Source: a virus (Duplodnaviria; Caudoviricetes). From it: a stretch of DNA of 33,835 nucleotides. Positions within the stretch are counted from its first letter, which is position 1. Every line of letters starts with the position of its first letter. The notes beneath the pieces are model-generated. The model was not told the origin of the DNA. It ran no database searches and was given only the letters and a program-made list of their open reading frames with translations. The stretch lies in the IMG/VR virus record IMGVR_UViG_3300035492_000133, positions 1 through 33,835 of that record. One strand, written 5' to 3'. Of the stretch, positions 16,261 through 23,041 are shown in pieces. The position numbers and the translations under genes were made by a program.

Positions 16261-16354
16261 GCGCTCAGGGTGGACGCCACTTCCACCGTACAGGCGCCTT
16301 GCGGCCCCCGAGCCGGAGCTGGCGATTTCCCGGCCGCCAGAACGCTCACAGTCT
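16252..16354 (-). ncRNA. candidate structured ncRNA (four-way junction, kissing loops)
   Basis: Closing stem, three hairpins, GNRA loop, G-U pairs favouring the minus strand, TATACT -10 at 16366-16361. Confidence 0.55.
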
Positions 16355-16370
16355 GGAGGCAGTATAAACC

Positions 16371-16856
16371 ATGGCCGGCGCAAGAGTAGAGCTTGAACTG
16401 GACAGCCAGAGCGCCATCGCCGCATTGCGTGAGGCGCTTCAGCTGCTGCAGGAGCCCCAACGCCTGCAGCGGGACATTGGCGAGCACCTGATCAACAGCA
16501 CCCGCGACCGCTTTCGTGATGAGCGCGGCCCGGATGGCGAAGCCTGGCAGGCACTGTCACCGCGTTACCTGGCGAACAAGGAACCCAATCCCGGCAAGAT
16601 CCTGCAGCGCTCGGGGCACCTGGCGCGCCAGATCTCGTACCAGATCCAGGATGGCGACCTGTTTGTGGGCACCGATCGCATCTACGGTGCTACCCACCAG
16701 TTCGGTGCCAAGCAAGGGCAGTTCGGCAAGACTTCCCGCGGCGGGCCGATCCCGTGGGGCACGATTGCGGCCCGTCCGTTCCTCGGCGTATCCGATTCAG
16801 ACGCCGATGAGATCATCGCGCTGTGCCGAGACCACTTGAAACGCCGTTTGAGCTGA
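16371..16856 (+). CDS. virion morphogenesis protein (Mu gpG-like)
   Basis: RFRDERGPDGEAWQALS, VGTDRIYGATHQFG, IAARPFLG. Confidence 0.92.
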   Translation: MAGARVELELDSQSAIAALREALQLLQEPQRLQRDIGEHLINSTRDRFRDERGPDGEAWQALSPRYLANKEPNPGKILQRSGHLARQISYQIQDGDLFVGTDRIYGATHQFGAKQGQFGKTSRGGPIPWGTIAARPFLGVSDSDADEIIALCRDHLKRRLS

Positions 16857-17016
16857 TGGCCGCAAACGGGCCTCTGTGAGCGTTTTGAGGCCCTTGGGCG
16901 CTACCGTTTACTGACTCATACCCCTTGCGGCGCAGGAATAGCGTTTATAAACGCGTTTACCGCCACTTGTTCAGGGCGCCGATGACGTATCTGCTGCTGA
17001 GGGGCTGATTTTAAGT

Positions 17017-17060
17017 TTTGCCCTGGTACAAATTACATTCCCGCCATCGGGGCGCAGTCT
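17017..17060 (+). promoter_or_regulatory. putative late promoter (head operon)
   Basis: TTTG-CCCTGGTA-CAAA, 22 bp, CAGTCT. Confidence 0.7.
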
Positions 17061-17066
17061 GGCCCC

Positions 17067-18278
17067 ATGAACACATCACATCGCGCCACCTTGCCCATTC
17101 TCCCCGCCGGCCAGCACGTCGCTCTGGACGGCCGCGCGGTGGAGTTCACCGAGGCCGTCCTGCAGGAGATCGTCGATAGCTACGATCCGGCACTGCATGA
17201 GGCGCCTCTTGTTATTGGTCATCCGAAGCTGAACGGCCCCGCCTATGGCTGGGCCAAAAGCGTCGAGCTACGCGACGGCATGCTGTTTGCCGAGCCGCAC
17301 CAGGTCGTGCCGGAGTTTGCCGAGGCTGCCAACCGCAAGATGTACAAGAAGCGGTCGGCGTCGGTTTACCTGCCGGACTCGCCTGGCAACCCAACACCCG
17401 GCAAACACTACCTGCGCCATATCGGCTTTCTGGGCGCTATGCCGCCAGCCATCAAAGGCATTCCCGATGCGGCGCTGGAGTTCGCCGAGGAAGACGGCGC
17501 GCTAGCGGTCGAGTTTGCCGAGGCCCCGTATGCGTTCACCGCGATCGCCGACATCCTGCGCCGCCTGCGCGATGTGTTCGTCGAGCGCGATGGCGCCGAG
17601 CAGGCTGAGCTGATCATCCCGCAGTGGCAGATCAAGTCCATTGAGGAGAGCGCCCGCAACAGCGCCGAGCGCGACGTGGCGTTCTCCGAGTCAGAACAAC
17701 CCACCAGCGAAGCCCCAACCCCTGAAGGTGATGAAGGCGCCGCAGCATCTGCCGCTGCCGCACCGGAGCCGGGGAACACGGACCCGTCGGCGGCGGATGC
17801 CGGCGCGGTCTCAACTCAGGAGCCAGCCATGGCCGACGATGATCGCGAAACACAGCTTGCCGAGCGTGAGCGCAAGGTGGCCGAGGGTGAGGCGCGTATT
17901 GCCGCTGCCCAGGCTGAAGAGAAGGAAAACGAAGCGGCCGAGTTTGCCGAGGGGCTGGTTGCCTCTGGCCAGCTGCTGCCGCGTCAGAAGGCGCGAGTCG
18001 TCTCGCTGCTGCTAAACCTGCCGGCAGACACCCCGCTGGAGTTCGCCGAGGGCGAGCAGACCATCAGCGAGCCGGCAGACAAGGTGCTGCGCGCGCTGCT
18101 GAGCGAGCTGCCCAAGCAGGTGGACTTCGCCGAGAAGTCTGGCGGCGGCGACATCGTCGACGACCAGGACGCCAACGCTATTGCCGCCCGCGCAACAGCG
18201 TATCAATCCGAGCAACGCCAGGCTGGCAACAACATCAGCATCAGCCAGGCAGTCAACCACGTAACCAAGGGAGCCTAA
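17067..18278 (+). CDS. prohead protease/scaffold (Mu gpI-like)
   Basis: APLVIGHP, AYGW, YKKRSAS, YLRHIGFLGAMPPAIKG; acidic scaffold C-terminus. Confidence 0.9.
   Translation: MNTSHRATLPILPAGQHVALDGRAVEFTEAVLQEIVDSYDPALHEAPLVIGHPKLNGPAYGWAKSVELRDGMLFAEPHQVVPEFAEAANRKMYKKRSASVYLPDSPGNPTPGKHYLRHIGFLGAMPPAIKGIPDAALEFAEEDGALAVEFAEAPYAFTAIADILRRLRDVFVERDGAEQAELIIPQWQIKSIEESARNSAERDVAFSESEQPTSEAPTPEGDEGAAASAAAAPEPGNTDPSAADAGAVSTQEPAMADDDRETQLAERERKVAEGEARIAAAQAEEKENEAAEFAEGLVASGQLLPRQKARVVSLLLNLPADTPLEFAEGEQTISEPADKVLRALLSELPKQVDFAEKSGGGDIVDDQDANAIAARATAYQSEQRQAGNNISISQAVNHVTKGA
17829..18278 (+). CDS. nested in-frame scaffold protein (Mu gpZ-like)
   Basis: AGGAG SD before in-frame ATG after a Pro/Ala linker. 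Confidence 0.65.
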   Translation: MADDDRETQLAERERKVAEGEARIAAAQAEEKENEAAEFAEGLVASGQLLPRQKARVVSLLLNLPADTPLEFAEGEQTISEPADKVLRALLSELPKQVDFAEKSGGGDIVDDQDANAIAARATAYQSEQRQAGNNISISQAVNHVTKGA

Positions 18279-18284
18279 CCGGCT

Positions 18285-18668
18285 ATGAACATTCCCGGAC
18301 TCATTACCCCGTTCACCGCCACCGCCGCCATTGGTGCGTACCTGATTGCCGCACACGGCGCTGCCGATGGCGCGGCCGTGCAGGCCGATGACGGCAGCAC
18401 CATGCCGCTAGGCGTGACCACCGACATTCCGGCCGCCGCTGGCGAGACCGTAGACGTTGTGCGCAGCGGCCCGGCTAACGTCACCTTTGGTGGCAACGTC
18501 ACTCGTGGTGCGCCGCTGACCGCCGATGCCAACGGCCGCGCCGTTGCCGTGGCGCTGCCGGCAGCGGCTGACACTTTCATTGTTGGGTACGCCGAGGTCT
18601 CGGGCGTGGCAGGCGACATCGCGTCCGTCCTGGTTGCGCCTGGCTTCATCCCGGCGACTGCCCCTTAA
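18285..18668 (+). CDS. capsid decoration/cement protein (DUF2190-like)
   Basis: GETVDVVRSG...VTRGAPLTADANGRAV; between scaffold and capsid. Confidence 0.8.
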   Translation: MNIPGLITPFTATAAIGAYLIAAHGAADGAAVQADDGSTMPLGVTTDIPAAAGETVDVVRSGPANVTFGGNVTRGAPLTADANGRAVAVALPAAADTFIVGYAEVSGVAGDIASVLVAPGFIPATAP

Positions 18669-18698
18669 CCGGCCTCGGCCACATCAGGAGTACCTGAC

Positions 18699-19625
18699 AT
18701 GAGCAAAGCACCATTCCCGATTAACCCGGCGCTCACCGCCATTGCCATTGCGTACCGCAACACCCGGCTGATTGCCGATCAGGTGCTGCCGCGTGTGCCG
18801 GTGGGGGCGCAGGAGTTCAAGTACCTCAAGCACAATCTGGCGCAAGGATTCACCGTGCCGGATACCAAGGTCGGCCGTACGTCGCGCATAAACCAGGTGA
18901 GCTTCAATGCCACCGAAGAAACCGACGCAACCGAAGACCACGGCCTGGAAGCGCCGGTACCGCAGCGCGATATCGACAACGCTCCCGTCAATTACGACCC
19001 GCAGGGCAAGGCGACCGAGCAGACCACCAACCTGATCCTGCTGGATCGCGAGGTGCGCACCTCCAATGCCGTGTTCAATGCTGCCAACTATGCGGCAGGC
19101 AACAAAACCACGCTCTCGGGCACCAGCCAATGGAGCCACGAGGACAGCAACCCGCTGGCGGCGATCACTGATGCGCTGGATAGCGTGGTGATGCGCCCGA
19201 CCATTGGCGTGCTGGGCCGCGCGGTATCCACAAAGCTGCGCCGCCACCCGAAGGTCGTTAAAGCCTTCCACGGCACCCTGGGTGATGAGGGCATGGTGCC
19301 GCTGCAGTGGCTGGCAGACATGCTGGAGCTGGAGGCCATTCTGGTCGGTGAGGCGCGCCTGAATATTGCGCGCCCTGGCCAAGCCGCCAACCTGTCTCGT
19401 GTGTGGGGTAACCATGCCTCATTCATCTATCGCGACCAGCTGGCCGACGCCAACAGCGGCACCACCTTCGGCTTCACCGCTGAGTTCGGCGGCCGTGTCG
19501 CCACTTCCGAGTTCGATAAGAACATCGGCTTGCGTGGCGGCCAGATGGTCCGCGTTGGTGAGTCGGTGAAGGAGCTGATCAGCGCGCCTGACCTTGGTTA
19601 CTTCTTCGAGAACGCCATCAGCTAA
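18699..19625 (+). CDS. major capsid protein
   Basis: 308 aa, LTAIAIAYRN...IADQVLPRVPV, ends GYFFENAI; SD AGGAG; position. Confidence 0.9.
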   Translation: MSKAPFPINPALTAIAIAYRNTRLIADQVLPRVPVGAQEFKYLKHNLAQGFTVPDTKVGRTSRINQVSFNATEETDATEDHGLEAPVPQRDIDNAPVNYDPQGKATEQTTNLILLDREVRTSNAVFNAANYAAGNKTTLSGTSQWSHEDSNPLAAITDALDSVVMRPTIGVLGRAVSTKLRRHPKVVKAFHGTLGDEGMVPLQWLADMLELEAILVGEARLNIARPGQAANLSRVWGNHASFIYRDQLADANSGTTFGFTAEFGGRVATSEFDKNIGLRGGQMVRVGESVKELISAPDLGYFFENAIS

Positions 19626-19651
19626 ACGGCTGACCAACCCACCCTATGACC

Positions 19652-19669
19652 GGGCGGCAGCTGCCGCCC
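19652..19669. other. perfect 18-bp GC palindrome after capsid gene
   Basis: GGGCGGCAGCTGCCGCCC; no U-tract. Confidence 0.6.
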
Positions 19670-19682
19670 CTGGGAGATCAAC

Positions 19683-20030
19683 ATGGCAGCGAAGAAAGCC
19701 ACCGCAAAACCGGCTGAGCCAGTCGAGAAGGAAGCCGCGGGCAATACCCAGCAGGATGCGCCCGTTGCAGATCCGGCCGACGCTCAAGCCGCACCAGCGA
19801 CAGAAGTGACTGCCGCAGCCGATAAGCCAGTTGCCGATCCGGTACCGCCGGCACCGGAGCAGAACCAAGCCAACGACGAGCAAGCCGAGAGCGTTGTCCT
19901 GGTGGTGAATCGTGAGCGCCTGGAGCATGACGGTGTGCCGTACGGCATGGGCCAACCTATCGAGCTGACCTTTGACCAGGCGAAACCGCTGCTGGCCATT
20001 GGTGCCGTTCGATTTGACGAGGACGAGTGA
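19683..20030 (+). CDS. hypothetical virion-region protein (Ala/Pro-rich N-terminus)
   Basis: SD GGGAG, C-terminal LEHDG...IEL domain. Confidence 0.8.
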   Translation: MAAKKATAKPAEPVEKEAAGNTQQDAPVADPADAQAAPATEVTAAADKPVADPVPPAPEQNQANDEQAESVVLVVNRERLEHDGVPYGMGQPIELTFDQAKPLLAIGAVRFDEDE

Positions 20031-20338
20031 TGGACAACCAGCATCGCAAGGTCTCCGGCTATCGCGAGTTGAACCAGGACGAAATTGACCTGATGAACCG
20101 CATCAAGGCCAACGGCGCTGAATTGCTGCAGCTGCAAGAGGAGGCGCGTCGGTACCTGGTCGAACAGAGCAACCAGAAGCACAACGCAATACTGGGTGCT
20201 GAGTCACTGGCAGAGCTGGACGAGCTGAAGCGGTTTGAGGCGGCTGAACCGTTCCGCTGGGTGTCGATTGCTAAGACGGACATCCAGACCGGCGTGATGG
20301 CGCTGGTTCGCGCTGTCGCTCAACCGGCAGGAGTCTGA
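20030..20338 (+). CDS. acb2: anti-CBASS cyclic-nucleotide sponge Acb2 homologue
   Basis: MDNQHRKVSGYRELNQDEIDLMNRIK...AEPFRWVSIAKTDIQTGVMALVRAVAQP closely matches the Acb2 sequence as recalled. Confidence 0.9.
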   Translation: MDNQHRKVSGYRELNQDEIDLMNRIKANGAELLQLQEEARRYLVEQSNQKHNAILGAESLAELDELKRFEAAEPFRWVSIAKTDIQTGVMALVRAVAQPAGV

Positions 20339-20339
20339 C

Positions 20340-20852
20340 GTGGCCTATATCACCCTCACTCAGTTGGCCGACCGGCCGGGTGCTGTTGAGCTGGCCCAGG
20401 TGGCCACGCCTCGGCAGTACCGGCAGGTGGATGCCGAGCTGCTCGATGCGCTGCTGCGCGGGCAGGACCTGGTCGCCTGGCCAGCTGATGAGGTGTCCAT
20501 CGCCGAAGCAACCCAGGCCGTGATTGAGGATGCGTTGGCCAACGCTGAAGCAACCATCAACGGTTATTTGGCCCGGCGCGGGTACAGCCTGCCGCTGGCC
20601 ACCGAGTTTCCCATTGTGACGGGGTGGGCACGGGCGATTACCCGCTACCACCTGCACAAGGACCGCATCAGCGGCGAGCAGAACGATCCGATCGTGCGCG
20701 ACTACCGCGACGCGCTGAAGTTTCTGCAGCAGGTTGCCAGCGGCCAGTTCAGCCTGGGAGCCGATGACCCGCTGACACCAACCACCAGTGGCGCGCCGAT
20801 TGTCTCGGCACCGCCGCGTACCTTCAGCCGCGACGCGCTGAGGGACTTTTGA
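20340..20852 (+). CDS. head-tail adaptor (Mu gp36 / DUF1320)
   Basis: MAYIT..., INGYLARRGYSLPL, ITRYHL, DYRDALKFL...G. Confidence 0.9.
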   Translation: MAYITLTQLADRPGAVELAQVATPRQYRQVDAELLDALLRGQDLVAWPADEVSIAEATQAVIEDALANAEATINGYLARRGYSLPLATEFPIVTGWARAITRYHLHKDRISGEQNDPIVRDYRDALKFLQQVASGQFSLGADDPLTPTTSGAPIVSAPPRTFSRDALRDF

Positions 20853-20854
20853 AC

Positions 20855-21292
20855 ATGAGTGAGCCGTTCGACATTCAAGCGGTGATCGATCGCCTGGCCA
20901 GCCTGGAAGAGCTGGACGGCATTCAGGGTGCCGCTGAGTACGCAGCGGTGACCAGCTTGAAGGACTTTCGTGTGCCGTCCGCCTATGTGCTGCTGCTCCA
21001 GGAGCGGGCCGACGATGCGCAGGTGAAACCGGGTGGCCGGCAGCGCGCCATCGTGACCTTCGGTGTGGTGCTCGCTGTGCGCAATTACGGCGATCAGCGC
21101 GGTGAGCGGACCCTGCAGGAGCTGCGTCCGATTCTGGGCGCAGTGCGCAATCGCTTGATGGGCTGGACGCCGGAGGTGCCAGGCGCACGGCCGGTGCAAT
21201 GGTCACGAGGTGACGTGCTCGATTACGACCGTAGCACGCTGCTCTGGGCCGAGGTGTATTCAACGCAACATTTCATAGGGGGTGCCCCGTGA
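20855..21292 (+). CDS. tail terminator-like protein (gp37-like)
   Basis: PSAYV, FGVVLAVRN, LMGWTP; position. Confidence 0.8.
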   Translation: MSEPFDIQAVIDRLASLEELDGIQGAAEYAAVTSLKDFRVPSAYVLLLQERADDAQVKPGGRQRAIVTFGVVLAVRNYGDQRGERTLQELRPILGAVRNRLMGWTPEVPGARPVQWSRGDVLDYDRSTLLWAEVYSTQHFIGGAP

Positions 21293-21498
21293 CCGACAAG
21301 AAGCAACCGCAGCAGCAACTGGAAGAAGTTGTGCTGCTCAAGCCACATACCCATAAGGGGCGCCAGTGCGCCGTTGGCGACAAGATCGACGTCAACGCCC
21401 GCCAGAAAAGCTGGCTCATGTCCCTGGGCAAGGTAGCTACCGATGAACCTGCCGCGCCTGCTGTTAAGCCCGCGCCGGCTAAAGCCAACAAGGAGTAA
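21289..21498 (+). CDS. small hypothetical tail-region protein
   Basis: GTGA coupling; KPHTHKG...GDKIDV. Confidence 0.75.
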   Translation: MTDKKQPQQQLEEVVLLKPHTHKGRQCAVGDKIDVNARQKSWLMSLGKVATDEPAAPAVKPAPAKANKE

Positions 21499-21501
21499 CC
21501 C

Positions 21502-22239
21502 ATGAGCCTGTTTAGCTTTCAAGGCAAGATCTGGCTGGCCGAGCGCTCAGCTGTCGGCATGCCTCTGGCGTTCACCTGGTTGGGCAACGCGCCGCAGCTG
21601 CAGCTGCAGATCAACACCACCAACACCGATAAGACCGACTCGTTCTCGGGCAACCGCCTGCAGATCGGTCGTCTGGCCGGTGCCAAGACGGTCAATATCA
21701 ATATCACCTTGGACGAGTGGACGCTGCACAACATCGCGATGGCGTTCTATGCCCAGCAGGTGGCCGTTACCGGCGACGATGTGACCGGCGAGGAGCTGCC
21801 AATGCCCCTGGCGCCCGGCGACGTCATTCGGCTGAATGAGCGTTTTATCAGCTCTTTGGTGCTGGACAACGGTGGGACGCCGCTGGTGGCGGATACCGAC
21901 TACCGCATCGAGTCAGCCCCCGCCGGTTTGGTTGAGATGCTGACCGCGCAGGCGTCGCAGATCGAGGCGGATTACAGCTACGGCAACGCGGTTTCAATGG
22001 CCCTGTTCTCCGAGCAGCCCAAGGAGCGCTGGCTGATGTTTGACGGCATCAATACCGAGAACGGCGAACGGACGGTGTTCGAGTTGTACCGCACCATCTT
22101 CAACCCGCCGGGCGACCTGAACATGATCACCGACGAGTACGGCAACCTGCCGCTGACCGGGGCTGCCTTGGTGGACGTGGCCAAGCTGGCTGATGATGTG
22201 CTCGGCGGCTTTGGCCGCTTTGTTGAGGCGGCCGCCTGA
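21502..22239 (+). CDS. major tail tube protein
   Basis: FSFQGKIWL...WLGNAP; SD AAGGAG; no sheath gene; precedes chaperone and tape measure. Confidence 0.82.
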   Translation: MSLFSFQGKIWLAERSAVGMPLAFTWLGNAPQLQLQINTTNTDKTDSFSGNRLQIGRLAGAKTVNINITLDEWTLHNIAMAFYAQQVAVTGDDVTGEELPMPLAPGDVIRLNERFISSLVLDNGGTPLVADTDYRIESAPAGLVEMLTAQASQIEADYSYGNAVSMALFSEQPKERWLMFDGINTENGERTVFELYRTIFNPPGDLNMITDEYGNLPLTGAALVDVAKLADDVLGGFGRFVEAAA

Positions 22240-22748
22240 TGGCCTCCCGCGCGAAGAAGAAACCAAAGCCTGGTACAGAGGGTGCAGATGACCTGCAAGT
22301 GCTGCACCCCGAGTTACCGTTAAGCGTTGGCGGCCGTGACCTGGTCATCCGCGAGTATGGGTTTATTGAGGGGCTGCGAGTGCGGCCCATCATTGAGCCC
22401 ATGCTCAAGGACATGGAGGCGCTGATCGGGCTGACGACGCAGCCCACCAACGACCAGGTGCTCGACCTGATGGGCAACCACATAGACGAGTTTCAGGAGC
22501 TGCTGGCCGTGGCCAGCGACACGGACGTCGCCTTTGTGGCTGGGCTCAATCAAACAGATGGCACCCGGCTAGCTGATGCCTGGTGGAAGGTGAACGGCCC
22601 TTTCTACTGGCGCACCGCGATCAGCCGCGTAGCGGTGGCCAGGGTGCAGGCGCGGGCCGGAAAAGCCGGTGGGGCGACATCTACGCCACCCTCATCCGGC
22701 ACGGCCACAGAGAGTGCGACCTCGGACGCTACACACGCCGGCAGTTGA
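22239..22748 (+). CDS. tail assembly chaperone (G-like)
   Basis: DDLQVLHPE...IREYGFIEGL...WWKVNGPF; position. Confidence 0.8.
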   Translation: MASRAKKKPKPGTEGADDLQVLHPELPLSVGGRDLVIREYGFIEGLRVRPIIEPMLKDMEALIGLTTQPTNDQVLDLMGNHIDEFQELLAVASDTDVAFVAGLNQTDGTRLADAWWKVNGPFYWRTAISRVAVARVQARAGKAGGATSTPPSSGTATESATSDATHAGS

Positions 22749-22873
22749 TGCTGTATTACGAGCGCGCCCTGGCCGTTGACCGGCTGGACCGCGCAGGCCG
22801 AATGCAGGACATGAATCTGGCGGTCGGTGGCGGCAAGAAAGCCGCTGACCACCTGCAGAAGTTGTTGCGGTAG
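22658..22873 (+). CDS. -1 frame extension of the tail chaperone (GT-like)
   Basis: Open -1 frame WGDIYATLIRHGH...YTRRQL. Confidence 0.65.
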   Translation, partial: RKSRWGDIYATLIRHGHRECDLGRYTRRQLMLYYERALAVDRLDRAGRMQDMNLAVGGGKKAADHLQKLLR

Positions 22874-22927
22874 GCCGAGTCCAGGGAGGCGGCAGGACAC
22901 CGCCAAGGTGGATTAAAGGAAACCTTC

Positions 22928-22967
22928 AGCGCCCAGAGTGCCCCGAGCACCTCGGCGCTTTCTTTTT
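22928..22967 (+). terminator. putative intrinsic terminator overlapping the tape-measure promoter dyad
   Basis: AGCGCC...GTGC-CCCGA-GCAC...GGCGCT followed by TTCTTTTT. Confidence 0.5.
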
Positions 22968-23008
22968 GCCCTTGTTCAAATTACTCACAGCGAGCAACCG
23001 GGCACCCT
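22965..23008 (+). promoter_or_regulatory. putative late promoter (tape measure/tail tip operon)
   Basis: TTTG-CCCTTGTT-CAAA, 22 bp, CACCCT. Confidence 0.7.
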
Positions 23009-23041
23009 GAACCTGAATCCCCTCAGGCAATCAGGTACTCC

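Noticed and set aside
16252-16354. Possible true tRNA gene
   Set aside because: No TTCRA T-loop, no canonical anticodon loop, no 7-bp acceptor stem or CCA end; kept only as a tRNA-like ncRNA candidate
19652-19669. Intrinsic terminator after the capsid gene
   Set aside because: Palindrome lacks a U-tract; more likely a stability or pause element
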